From a virus (lineage: Duplodnaviria; Heunggongvirae; Uroviricota; Caudoviricetes): a stretch of DNA of 19,931 nt. The notes beneath the pieces are model-generated. The model worked only from the letters and a program-made list of their open reading frames with translations, ran no database searches and had not been told where the DNA came from. The stretch covers positions 1-19,931 of the IMG/VR virus record IMGVR_UViG_2690316049_000008. The stretch is one strand, 5' to 3'. The translations under genes and the position numbers were made by a program. How positions within the stretch are numbered: position 1 is the first letter of the stretch; each line of letters opens with the position of its first letter. Positions 1-8,811 of this stretch are shown here, one piece after another.

Positions 1-1158
1 ATGCTCACCGTTAAGCAGATTGAAGCAGCAAAGCCGAAAGAAAAACCATACCGCCTACTCGATGGTAATGGCCTGTACCTTTATGTCCCTGTATCAGGGA
101 AAAAGGTATGGCAGCTTCGCTACAAGATTGACGGTAAGGAGAAAATCCTGACCGTCGGAAAATATCCGCTTATGACTTTGCAGGAGGCAAGGGATAAAGC
201 ATGGACCGCGAGGAAAGACATCTCGGTTGGCATCGATCCGGTAAAAGCGAAAAAGGCTTCGTCTAACAACAATTCCTTTAGCGCCATTTACAAGGAATGG
301 TACGAGCACAAGAAGCAAGTCTGGTCAGTAGGCTATGCAAATGAACTTGCAAAAATGTTTGATGACGACATTTTACCTATCATCGGCGGCCTTGAAATTC
401 AGGATATTGAGCCGATGCAACTGCTGGAAGTAATCCGCAGATTTGAAGATCGCGGTGCAATGGAGCGAGCCAACAAAGCCCGCAGAAGATGCGGCGAGGT
501 TTTCCGTTACGCTATTGTCACTGGTAGGGCTAAATATAACCCGGCACCTGACCTTGCTGACGCCATGAAGGGATACCGCAAGAAGAACTTCCCGTTTTTA
601 CCTGCCGACCAGATCCCGGCATTCAACAAAGCACTTGCAACATTTTCAGGAAGTATCGTATCGCTCATTGCGACCAAAGTTTTACGCTACACTGCCCTAA
701 GAACGAAAGAGCTTCGTTCCATGCTATGGAAGAACGTCGATTTTGAAAACAGGATTATCACCATCGACGCCAGTGTGATGAAGGGCCGCAAAATTCATGT
801 GGTCCCGATGTCGGACCAGGTGGTTGAACTTCTCACTACGCTAAGCTCAATCACCAAACCAGTATCAGAGTTTGTTTTTGCCGGGCGCAACGATAAGAAG
901 AAGCCAATCTGCGAGAACGCGGTATTGCTTGTGATCAAACAAATCGGCTATGAGGGTCTGGAAAGCGGTCACGGATTCAGGCATGAATTCAGCACGATTA
1001 TGAACGAGCACGAATGGCCCGCTGATGCTATTGAAGTGCAACTGGCACATGCCAACGGCGGTTCTGTGCGTGGAATTTACAACCATGCTCAGTATCTCGA
1101 CAAACGCAGAGAAATGATGCAGTGGTGGGCAGACTGGCTTGATGGGAAGGTTGATTAA
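1..1158 (+). CDS. int: Tyrosine site-specific integrase, P4/CP4-57-like family
   Basis: 385-aa ORF starting at ATG at position 1. The N-terminus (MLTVKQIEAAKPKEKPYRLLDGNGLYLYV...WQLRYKIDGKEKILTVGKYP) matches the arm-binding domain typical of P4-type integrases. The C-terminus has an H-x-x-R box (GHGFRHEF) and a candidate catalytic Tyr (VRGIYNHAQYL). GC is similar to the phage backbone. Confidence 0.93.
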   Translation: MLTVKQIEAAKPKEKPYRLLDGNGLYLYVPVSGKKVWQLRYKIDGKEKILTVGKYPLMTLQEARDKAWTARKDISVGIDPVKAKKASSNNNSFSAIYKEWYEHKKQVWSVGYANELAKMFDDDILPIIGGLEIQDIEPMQLLEVIRRFEDRGAMERANKARRRCGEVFRYAIVTGRAKYNPAPDLADAMKGYRKKNFPFLPADQIPAFNKALATFSGSIVSLIATKVLRYTALRTKELRSMLWKNVDFENRIITIDASVMKGRKIHVVPMSDQVVELLTTLSSITKPVSEFVFAGRNDKKKPICENAVLLVIKQIGYEGLESGHGFRHEFSTIMNEHEWPADAIEVQLAHANGGSVRGIYNHAQYLDKRREMMQWWADWLDGKVD

Positions 1159-1272
1159 AGAACAATAACAGCGCGTTGCAGCAATTACAGGAAACATCTT
1201 GTTACATACTTGGTTTTATGTCACTAACAAACTAGAGAAATTATGCATGAATAGACATATCGATCGTTATTT

Positions 1273-1288
1273 TTGTTGGTGATATACT
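1273..1288 (+). promoter_or_regulatory. Candidate sigma70 promoter: TTGTTG followed by extended -10 TGaTATACT
   Basis: TTGTTG at 1273-1278 and TGaTATACT at 1280-1288, about 60 bp upstream of the small membrane-protein ORF. Spacing between TTGTTG and the -10 is too short for a canonical -35, so activity would rest on the extended -10. Found by eye only. Confidence 0.2.
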
Positions 1289-1349
1289 TAACTGAATTTT
1301 ATGCACAACCATGTTGCGAATTTACCACATCATTACAAGGCAAACGGAA

Positions 1350-1667
1350 ATGAATAAGGATAAATGCTTAAATATAATTATATTAATAATCATTATAACA
1401 ATAATTGTTATTTCTTTTTATCCTATGTCATCAAGCTCAAAAGGGCATGATACGCAAAGTATTTCAGGTGACAACTTTAAATTAAGATCTTCTTTCTCAA
1501 GAGAATATTCATCATGCATATCAAACCTCAAAATGATAGCGCTAGACTTTGCTGGTCATAACATAGATTTCAACAGCCATAGCCAGTTCATAGCTTCAAG
1601 TGGCGAGGAAAAAATATTAGTAAAATGCACAAAAGATAATAAGTTACTATACATGCAAAATAAATGA
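1350..1667 (+). CDS. Small single-pass membrane or secreted protein of unknown function (~105 aa), cargo gene
   Basis: ORF with stop TGA at 1665-1667. N-terminus MNKDKCLNIIILIIIITIIVISFYP has a positive n-region and a ~20-residue hydrophobic core (signal anchor or signal peptide), followed by a ~80-aa Ser/Asn-rich hydrophilic domain with 3 Cys. Very AT-rich. An alternative in-frame start at 1311 (MLRIY...) would give 118 aa. No strong SD at either start. Followed directly by a strong intrinsic terminator. Confidence 0.5.
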   Translation: MNKDKCLNIIILIIIITIIVISFYPMSSSSKGHDTQSISGDNFKLRSSFSREYSSCISNLKMIALDFAGHNIDFNSHSQFIASSGEEKILVKCTKDNKLLYMQNK

Positions 1668-1673
1668 GAATTT

Positions 1674-1700
1674 CCGCACGCTTATCGCGTGCGGTTTTTT
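1674..1700 (+). terminator. Rho-independent terminator (perfect 8-bp GC-rich stem, 5-nt loop, T6 tract)
   Basis: CCGCACGC (1674-1681), loop TTATC, GCGTGCGG (1687-1694), then TTTTTT (1695-1700), 7 nt after the stop of the small plus-strand ORF. On the minus strand the same hairpin lies just past the stop of the convergent membrane-protein gene but has no U-tract, so it is mainly a plus-strand terminator. Confidence 0.75.
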
Positions 1701-3060
1701 ATTTTTTAGGCAATATATAGTATATTGCCTTATATGAAAAATATACAAATGATACAGTTATTATATTTTTTAAGAAAATAAATAAAAAGAATTCAAGGCT
1801 CTCCCTTGCCATAAAAAATGAAAAAGGCATTGTCATAAGTGCAGCTATTTGTATTACGCCAACTCTCCTCATCAATATGATTTTATCAAGAAATCTAAAA
1901 ACAACGCCTGAGATAACATATGAGCACCAGAAAAAATACTTTCCGAAAATAACAAGCGATGACCCAAGCAAAGTTGATGCCATATTCAATCCATTGCTAA
2001 GACCAAGAGCACTCACGGTAAAGTAATATGAGCTATTCATTGTGACAATTGGTTTGTCAGGCCATATGAATCTTGGGATAAACCCTGAAAATTGAGTAAA
2101 GAAATAATAGATACCACCAACATTGCGATCATTGCTAAAGTATTTAACAGCTATACTCTGATAATTGATAGGAGATACGCTATCAGCTAAATATCTTACT
2201 ATAATGCCAAACAGAGAGCCAGACTCTGAAATATCAACATCTGAGTATCTCACTATAGCCATTATACCAATTAGAATTAAGCACGCAGAGCCTATGCATA
2301 TTAACTTCAATATGCCAATTAGGCCTCTAGAGTGACAAATAAGAGCAACAATAAACATTGCGGAAAACATTACATTTCTTGAGCCACCAATAAGCACATA
2401 ATATGCCATCCCAAATAACAATGACATTATAATTGATTTAACGAACACATACTTATCGTCAGATGTAATTGCATACACTATAACAGCAGAAACAAAAGAT
2501 GACATTATCATTATAATAACACCACTACCAGCATTTCCGCCAAGCTTTAAAGCATAATCATCAGAATTAAAAGATATGCCGTTTATGGCATAAAAAGCCA
2601 TCATCCCAACAAAACTTAAAAACAACGTTGTTCTTACAAATAATTTTGGGCTACCAATAAAATATTTATCAGAAAATGTTATTTTATTTCTTCCTGCCGC
2701 TGTATGAGAGAATACATAAAACAAAACTATACCAATAAACGACAACGTAGACACATCATTTATATATTGATACGGCATATATTCTGCAGAACTAACTTTT
2801 GCCCCAACTCTAAACGGAAGCGATATATACCCAAAAAAATGAGTAAAAACAAGGAATAACATCCCAACAGATTTGAATGACACGCCATGTTTTTTGAATG
2901 ACACGGCACTTAAATATATTAATGTTATGGCATACAACGCAGGTAGCACATAAGTAAAAAATGATTCATAAATATTCATAATATTGTATGTAAAAATGAC
3001 TATTTTTACCCGATCTTTAAAGAAAGTACAGGATGATAGCGCGTTTCTACGCGCCATCAT
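1699..3060 (-). CDS. Polytopic inner-membrane protein (~11-12 predicted TM helices); probable Wzy/WaaL-like O-antigen polymerase or ligase-type surface-polysaccharide protein
   Basis: ORF with stop at 1699-1701. Hydrophobic throughout, with many 18-24-residue hydrophobic segments and one longer, less hydrophobic stretch (roughly residues 275-350) that could be a large periplasmic loop, as in Wzy/WaaL proteins. Extremely AT-rich and Ile/Phe/Tyr/Asn-rich, unlike the neighbouring phage genes. Start is ambiguous: GTG 3066 (overlaps the tailspike stop as GTGA), ATG 3060 or ATG 3057. An AAGGTGA Shine-Dalgarno that contains the tailspike TGA stop sits 2 and 5 nt upstream of the two ATGs, implying translational coupling. 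The functional call is inference from topology, composition and position, not from a recognised motif. Confidence 0.8.
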   Translation of the reverse strand: MMARRNALSSCTFFKDRVKIVIFTYNIMNIYESFFTYVLPALYAITLIYLSAVSFKKHGVSFKSVGMLFLVFTHFFGYISLPFRVGAKVSSAEYMPYQYINDVSTLSFIGIVLFYVFSHTAAGRNKITFSDKYFIGSPKLFVRTTLFLSFVGMMAFYAINGISFNSDDYALKLGGNAGSGVIIMIMSSFVSAVIVYAITSDDKYVFVKSIIMSLLFGMAYYVLIGGSRNVMFSAMFIVALICHSRGLIGILKLICIGSACLILIGIMAIVRYSDVDISESGSLFGIIVRYLADSVSPINYQSIAVKYFSNDRNVGGIYYFFTQFSGFIPRFIWPDKPIVTMNSSYYFTVSALGLSNGLNMASTLLGSSLVIFGKYFFWCSYVISGVVFRFLDKIILMRRVGVIQIAALMTMPFSFFMARESLEFFLFIFLKNIITVSFVYFSYKAIYYILPKK

Positions 3061-3062
3061 AG

Positions 3063-5243
3063 TCACCTTACAACAAATTTGCCATTGCTAATGTCGTTAA
3101 CTAGTGTTGCCACTATGTTAGCAATATCCTTAGTAGATAGGGTGTTTACGTCTCCACCGCGTAACGCACCGGAATTGGTAAATGGATACTGCTGAGGTTG
3201 TGAGCTATTGGCAAACTGGTTGTTAGCCTCATAACGTTTTGTTGGTACAGGGTTGTACCCAATACTACCTGTGGTTGTGTCAGGGGCCACACAGTTCGTA
3301 ATGTTCACTATAGCGTCAGAACCACTACCATTTGTATATATTGGCCTGTTAACTGTCCCGAATGGTTGCACAGCTACCAGCCTGTTAACAATAACACTCT
3401 GTGTGGCTAGTGCTTGTAAATAAGATTCTGCGCTTCCATTGCACCCCCTCAAGTTCACATTATCAACCTCTATGTGGCGGCAGTTAATGATGACGATATA
3501 ATGCCCATTTTCTGTGTTAGGGTAAGCGCCTACTATGCGAACATTTTTTAATGTTAAATCTGTGGTTGGCACCGCAGCAGGCCCACCGTTGAAAACAAAC
3601 CCTTTTGCACCATTTACAAGTGCGTGTATCGTAATGCCGTCAAACTCGATGTCGGCAAGATTAGTCGTGGTATTGGCTGAGTTTCTCAAAAAATAAACAG
3701 CTTCAGCAGAGCAACCTGATATCAAGAAGTTAGAAAAACGCATCCTTGTGTTTTCTACCGGATAGAAGCGGCATAACAAACCCTGCGAGCAGTTACGAAT
3801 AACAACGTTATCGTAGGATACGTCACTAGCTCCTTCAATTGCGACACCTGCGTTCGAACTTTCTACATATAGTCCAGTAACTACTCCATTACGGAAATTC
3901 CCTCGAAGACCGTGGCTTTCACAGTTTTTGATTGTAACGGCGTTTATGTTAACTCTTGTGATAGCTGTGCCATCACCATAACCGTTCATAAGGTCGTCTG
4001 ACTGAATACGCAAACCGTTACCACCAGAGGTATTAATGCTCACATCGTGAATCATAAGATTAAGCGTACGGTTTGGGCGACGTGATGAGAAGAACAAAGA
4101 TGAGGCCCAAGTGTTTCTGCAACGGATATGATGGACGTGCGCCTCTGTGGGGTCATTAACAATGATCGCCATGCCAGTTCGGTTGCTGCCATCTGGATCT
4201 TGAATTTTCCCACGACCACAATCATGTGAGTACAGATTATCGGCAAGAACCCATCTCCCATAATCCATCGTTACGTTGCTATTCCATGCCCCCTGCAATT
4301 CACACCCTGAAAGCTCAAGTGTACCTGCAGATTGCATGGCCAAACCAACCCCTGGGTCAAATGAAGCATTCTGCCGATAAAAATCAAACAAGAAATTACC
4401 GACAATGCGTATATCATATGGAGTATAGTCAAACTCTTGATTTGATTCGTTCCATGTCCGTGGGGATCTGAGCCATAATTGTCTGGAATCTACCGTCACT
4501 TTTGGCAATAACGGCTTTATGAGGATGTCTCCCTGAATATTAAATATACCTTCTACAGTTACGGGAGAGTAAGCGATCCCGATATTTCCAGATAGTGGAA
4601 GTAGTCTACTAAGTTGAGCGTCATTTTGTGCAATTTTCCAACCAGAATTAACCTCGTTAAAAAATGATATTGGGTAAAGTTCAATATTATCATTAATTAC
4701 AGTTGAGTCATAACTGGTAATTGTCAATGGTGATGATAATGGTGTGCTCATCATCATAAGGGCGCCATCAAGCCTAACGAATCTTACACCTTCGGGAATT
4801 AAGTCTCCTATTTTTGCATCAATTCCAATTTTATTAGGATAAACCTCACCACCTAAAAATCCATTCATTCCTCGAAGCCAAGATAGATTTAACATGACTG
4901 ATAACTGATCTGGATCGTACTTCAGCACATTAGGGAAATAGAACTGCTGTGATCCATATGCATCGTACACAGCCATAGAATGCCATTGTACAGTAACGAA
5001 CTTAGCAATCTGTCCGTTATATACAGGGTAGCCAGCAGCGTTAATAATTATTGGTTGCGAAACGGGAATGTGAGAGCCGTCTTCGTTCTCCACATAAACC
5101 TGAATTTGGTTTTCAGGATTTACCGGGTCCGTGTCAATTTTACCGATATAAATTTTGCCATTGGCTACGGCTTTAAAAGAACGAGCCATAGTGAAGAGTT
5201 GCGAAGGCATGCTTACCACAACATTGGCTGTAATGTCTGTCAT
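3063..5243 (-). CDS. Tailspike protein with P22/Sf6-type N-terminal head-binding domain and a divergent C-terminal receptor-binding domain
   Basis: 726-aa ORF. The first ~115 residues ([46 protein letters not shown]...NVLKYDPDQ) match, from memory, the conserved head-binding domain of P22 gp9 and Sf6/HK620 tailspikes. The remainder is Asn/Gly/Ser/Thr-rich with repetitive short beta-strand-like segments, consistent with a parallel beta-helix glycanase domain. GC drops after about nt 4900. SD GGAG lies 9 nt upstream of the ATG. Confidence 0.93.
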   Translation of the reverse strand: MTDITANVVVSMPSQLFTMARSFKAVANGKIYIGKIDTDPVNPENQIQVYVENEDGSHIPVSQPIIINAAGYPVYNGQIAKFVTVQWHSMAVYDAYGSQQFYFPNVLKYDPDQLSVMLNLSWLRGMNGFLGGEVYPNKIGIDAKIGDLIPEGVRFVRLDGALMMMSTPLSSPLTITSYDSTVINDNIELYPISFFNEVNSGWKIAQNDAQLSRLLPLSGNIGIAYSPVTVEGIFNIQGDILIKPLLPKVTVDSRQLWLRSPRTWNESNQEFDYTPYDIRIVGNFLFDFYRQNASFDPGVGLAMQSAGTLELSGCELQGAWNSNVTMDYGRWVLADNLYSHDCGRGKIQDPDGSNRTGMAIIVNDPTEAHVHHIRCRNTWASSLFFSSRRPNRTLNLMIHDVSINTSGGNGLRIQSDDLMNGYGDGTAITRVNINAVTIKNCESHGLRGNFRNGVVTGLYVESSNAGVAIEGASDVSYDNVVIRNCSQGLLCRFYPVENTRMRFSNFLISGCSAEAVYFLRNSANTTTNLADIEFDGITIHALVNGAKGFVFNGGPAAVPTTDLTLKNVRIVGAYPNTENGHYIVIINCRHIEVDNVNLRGCNGSAESYLQALATQSVIVNRLVAVQPFGTVNRPIYTNGSGSDAIVNITNCVAPDTTTGSIGYNPVPTKRYEANNQFANSSQPQQYPFTNSGALRGGDVNTLSTKDIANIVATLVNDISNGKFVVR

Positions 5244-5262
5244 TTAATTTGCTCCGGACGTA

Positions 5263-5298
5263 GCAATTCCGGACAAGATGCAACCTGTCCGGCATTGC
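5263..5298. promoter_or_regulatory. 13-bp imperfect inverted repeat (RNA hairpin or possible operator) in the 5' leader of the tailspike gene
   Basis: GCAATTCCGGACA (5263-5275), 10-nt spacer, TGTCCGGCATTGC (5286-5298), with one mismatch. A further direct copy of TCCGGAC is at 5253-5259. It lies 20-55 nt upstream of the tailspike ATG, between the last ejection gene and the tailspike. Confidence 0.3.
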
Positions 5299-5338
5299 AC
5301 TAATGTCAGTTATGATTTGTTAATTATGAGGTGAGTCT

Positions 5339-5416
5339 ATGCAAAGAGATCTGTTGAACATTGCGTTCTACATAGTTGGTTTTTGCACGTTCCTGGTGTT
5401 TGCGAAGCTATTCTGA
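5339..5416 (+). CDS. Hypothetical 25-aa hydrophobic peptide (MQRDLLNIAFYIVGFCTFLVFAKLF), antisense to the late operon
   Basis: ATG at 5339 preceded by GAGGTGA (5328-5334) at 4-nt spacing; stop TGA at 5414-5416. Overlaps the 3' end of the gp16-like gene by 9 nt on the opposite strand. The peptide is one predicted TM helix. Too short for the ORF track, no homology evidence, could be chance. Confidence 0.2.
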   Translation: MQRDLLNIAFYIVGFCTFLVFAKLF

Positions 5417-7405
5417 CAACGCATCAGACTTGGCCCCCTGAGTCAGGGCGTTAATGGCCTTTTGCGCCTGCTGCATGGCTTTCTCAAACGCTGTTGATCC
5501 GCGTGGTGTACTTGCCATTCTGAGCATTGCATTTCTGAATGGCTCGCTCTCATAGGCGCGAGTAAGAAGTCCGTAGCTTACTGCTGCGCCAGTTGTTGCA
5601 GGGTTCATTGCCGTCCCATACCCGATAATGAACGGGATGGTTTGCTGCCCTGTTGGTGTTGTTACTGCCGCTTTTGCAGCCTGCTGCGTGGATTGCAGGT
5701 AGTTTTTCAATCCTTTCAGATAAGCAGCGTCCTGCCCCTTAAATGTGATGCCAGTCTGGTTTTGCAGGATGTTAAGCTGCCGAAGGAACTGGTCAGGGGA
5801 TCCTCCAGATTTCTCCATCGCCTTTCCAATAATGCCATTGCGCATTTGCGCCCTGCCAACACGACCAACTGAGTTATACAGAGTCTTAATTTCCGATTTG
5901 TTCTTGCTGAATAGCATGTTGTTGACAACTTCCGGCGTCAGATCGCCTTTCATGAGAACATTCTTCAGCCTGGTATTCTTTAGTTTAGCCGCTTCGTCAG
6001 CGTAGACGGCATTGGCCTGCTGATATTTACGGAGAGTATCGTTGCCAAGATTCTGTCCAATGGCACCATTGATATCGTCGGTCATTGCCTTGTAAACGCG
6101 CTGAATGGCAGCATCGGAACGGTTTGGTAACACTGGTCGCTCACCCTTCACGTCCATTCTGAACTGGCTGCGCAGATCGCTTAATTGCTTCAAATCCAGA
6201 TTTACCGGACCATCAGGACCAGCATTGCGAACAAGCTCATCACGATAGGACTGAAGTTTTGAAATAGTCTCGTTATCAGCTACCTTACCAAGCTTCTGCA
6301 GATTAGATATTTCTGTATCAATCTGCTGAATTGCTCGTGCAGGCTGAATGTTTACTCCTGCCATAGCATTCTGAACCCGCTCCAGTCGATTACCTGCGGC
6401 ACGACGAATTCCTGATGTTTTCGCTTTAAGGCTGTCAATAACAACAGCTGGATCATACTCACCGAATTTATCAGCAAATCTCTGCACCAACTGGCTTCTC
6501 GCTTCCTGTTGCGTTGCTCTCATTCCGCTTGTGCCAGCCAGAGGGATATTTTCTGCTGTAGTCTGCGCCATTTTTCCGACGCGGGAAGTTGGGTGTAACA
6601 GGTCTGTGGTGTGCAGAGGAACACCTTCACGCTCTGCAAATCTGATAGCCTGCTGCGCTTCTGGCGCAATAGCACCACGAACGCCACGATAAGCAGCACC
6701 TAATCCACGTCCGGCAGCGTTAATAGCACCGCCAGCAAGTACACCAACGCCTAAATCGGTGGCGAGTGCTTCCGCATCATCTTTCGCACTATTTGCAGCA
6801 AGTGATCCAACTGCGTTTTCTGCGAGAAGGCGAGTTGCACCCTGAGCAATTCGACCAGCAAGTGTTGGTGCCTGTGTTGCAGCTCTCTCAACTCCAGCAG
6901 GAGTGAGGTAAGGCAATGCTTCAGCAAATACCCTTCCCTCTGTCGTTTGTGGAGTCAGCACGCCTTGCTGAAGGCCAAAGTCCTGCTCTAATCCCTGCGT
7001 TGTTACTCGTGGCGCTGGTTGATATGTCCCATCGCCAATGCCAAGTTTACCGCCAGCCCAAGCCGCCGCGCTTGTTACAGCATCGGCAACTGATGCAGGT
7101 ATGTTTGCCACGTTCACGCCAGCCTGTACCAGTCCGCGACCAGTCTCTTTTACTGCTTCGCCAAGATCAGACATAAATCCACTTTGCTGTGGTTGTTGCT
7201 GTGCTACTGGCTGTTGTGTCTCCACTGGCTGCACAGATGGCAATGGATAGGCAGCATAGAAAGCTTGCTTAGCCTGCTCTGCATTTTCTCCGGCTTGCGG
7301 GGCCACGACTTCATTGAAGTATTGCTCCTGAGCCTGCGCTTTTTGTTCTGGTGCTAACGCCTGATACTGTGGAGAGGCGATAACATCTTTCCATGCTTTA
7401 GCCAT
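5408..7405 (-). CDS. Ejection (injection) protein, P22 gp16-like
   Basis: 665-aa ORF, third of three consecutive ejection-protein genes in the P22 order gp7-gp20-gp16, directly upstream of the tailspike. Ala/Gln/Gly-rich low-complexity composition typical of these proteins. ATG at 7405 overlaps the upstream stop as TAATG; SD GGGGTGA. Confidence 0.8.
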   Translation of the reverse strand: MAKAWKDVIASPQYQALAPEQKAQAQEQYFNEVVAPQAGENAEQAKQAFYAAYPLPSVQPVETQQPVAQQQPQQSGFMSDLGEAVKETGRGLVQAGVNVANIPASVADAVTSAAAWAGGKLGIGDGTYQPAPRVTTQGLEQDFGLQQGVLTPQTTEGRVFAEALPYLTPAGVERAATQAPTLAGRIAQGATRLLAENAVGSLAANSAKDDAEALATDLGVGVLAGGAINAAGRGLGAAYRGVRGAIAPEAQQAIRFAEREGVPLHTTDLLHPTSRVGKMAQTTAENIPLAGTSGMRATQQEARSQLVQRFADKFGEYDPAVVIDSLKAKTSGIRRAAGNRLERVQNAMAGVNIQPARAIQQIDTEISNLQKLGKVADNETISKLQSYRDELVRNAGPDGPVNLDLKQLSDLRSQFRMDVKGERPVLPNRSDAAIQRVYKAMTDDINGAIGQNLGNDTLRKYQQANAVYADEAAKLKNTRLKNVLMKGDLTPEVVNNMLFSKNKSEIKTLYNSVGRVGRAQMRNGIIGKAMEKSGGSPDQFLRQLNILQNQTGITFKGQDAAYLKGLKNYLQSTQQAAKAAVTTPTGQQTIPFIIGYGTAMNPATTGAAVSYGLLTRAYESEPFRNAMLRMASTPRGSTAFEKAMQQAQKAINALTQGAKSDALSE

Positions 7406-8799
7406 TAATCACCCCATAGTGAAGAAAAGTTACTGCTGGCTGCTGGTTGTGATACCTGTGCAGGTTGAGATTGCTGCCGCTGAGATTTACCAACATTAAC
7501 GTTATATTGTTGGTTGTAATTGTTGGTGTATTCCTGAATCTCACGAATCGACTGCTGCATAGCCTCCGGGCTTGAATAGTCAACCTGCGGCATCCCCTGA
7601 AAATACATCTTCGCTTCTGCAACGGTGTTAATACCACTGGCCCCCATGTCCCTTGCTGCCGCCACACCCTGATTCTGCATTCTGCCCTGAATACGTTGTG
7701 CTGAGTTATATAACTGGCGCTGCTCTTTTCCTGTTAATCGGCTGCGAACATCAGCACCAATTGCCGGGTTACCTGCGCCGCCGGTCATTCCTGTCATGAA
7801 ATCGAGAGCAGAAGCGTCTGCATTTGCGATCGCGTCGATATCCTTCTTCATGGCATAGTTTTGTGCTGATGCAGACGATGTTGCAGGCGCTGCGATTGAA
7901 CTGGCAGGAACGCGAACCATATTCCCCTCGTTGTCGATGCCTTCGTAGAACGCATTTGCCCCAGCGCCGTGAAGTTTCCCGCCAACCGTTACAGTTCTGC
8001 CATCTGATAACTGAACTGTACGCTCATCATTCCCAGCGGTTCCTCTTGTTGACGCTCGCTGCATTGCCAAATCCTGCCCGCGTCGCGCAGTAGAAGCAGA
8101 TAAATCCTGACCGCGCATCGTGATGTTCTGACCTCGTGCTGTTAGCGCCTCTCCAGCCTGATTGCTGCGGATTGTCTCTGCAAGTTTTCCGCGATCAATC
8201 TCACGCCCAACGATTCTGTCTTGCGCCTGAAAATATTGTTCTGGACCAAGTGCAGCCATTCCAAGGTGATCAACAAACTCTGTGAAACCTTGTGGATTTT
8301 GCTGATACATTTTCGCCACATCCAGAGGGTCTACTCCGGCACGAGTAAGCTCAGATGAGTTGTTCTGCAACCATGACATCATGGCTTCTGGAGATGAAGC
8401 TGCCAGTCTGGCACTTGCTGCCAGTGTGCCGACAGTGGAACGCTGGTCTTCATCGACAAATTTCATGCCGTTTCTTACAGCGTCAAACTGCTCAGGATAC
8501 TGTGATGCCAGTTTTCGCATTGCATCGCGGTCACCAGATGTATATGCATCAGCATAAGCCTGCTGAAACTCTTGCTGTCGCTTCTGCTGATCCATCTGCT
8601 TATACATATCCATGACAGATGAAATGCCCTGCAAAGCCTGCAAGCCAACGTTATTACGTCCTGAACGCTCCATCTCGTTATTCTGTCGAATGTATGCAAG
8701 CGTGGCGTCTGCATCACTTGCTCTTGGAGCGTTGGAGTTCATGCCGCCTAACCCGGCAAGAAGCGCGCCTGAATTACCAGCCTGTTGCCATGTAGCCAA
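7405..8799 (-). CDS. Ejection (injection) protein, P22 gp20-like
   Basis: 464-aa ORF in the position and size class of P22 gp20. The first codon at 8799 is TTG, preceded by a strong SD GGAGGTG at ~5-nt spacing immediately after the upstream stop, so a TTG start is likely. Confidence 0.8.
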   Translation of the reverse strand: MATWQQAGNSGALLAGLGGMNSNAPRASDADATLAYIRQNNEMERSGRNNVGLQALQGISSVMDMYKQMDQQKRQQEFQQAYADAYTSGDRDAMRKLASQYPEQFDAVRNGMKFVDEDQRSTVGTLAASARLAASSPEAMMSWLQNNSSELTRAGVDPLDVAKMYQQNPQGFTEFVDHLGMAALGPEQYFQAQDRIVGREIDRGKLAETIRSNQAGEALTARGQNITMRGQDLSASTARRGQDLAMQRASTRGTAGNDERTVQLSDGRTVTVGGKLHGAGANAFYEGIDNEGNMVRVPASSIAAPATSSASAQNYAMKKDIDAIANADASALDFMTGMTGGAGNPAIGADVRSRLTGKEQRQLYNSAQRIQGRMQNQGVAAARDMGASGINTVAEAKMYFQGMPQVDYSSPEAMQQSIREIQEYTNNYNQQYNVNVGKSQRQQSQPAQVSQPAASSNFSSLWGD

Positions 8800-8811
8800 G
8801 AGACACCTCCA

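Noticed and set aside
1199-1227. Alternative promoter TTGTTA ... TATGTC downstream of int
   Set aside because: Spacing between the hexamers is about 11 nt and the -10 is poor. The extended -10 candidate at 1280-1288 is retained instead, at low confidence.
4052-5303. Several 69-107-aa ORFs on either strand inside the tailspike gene (4052-4261 -, 4226-4471 +, 4980-5303 +)
   Set aside because: They lie entirely within or antisense to a long, well-supported CDS, lack ribosome-binding sites and have odd composition. They are frame shadows.
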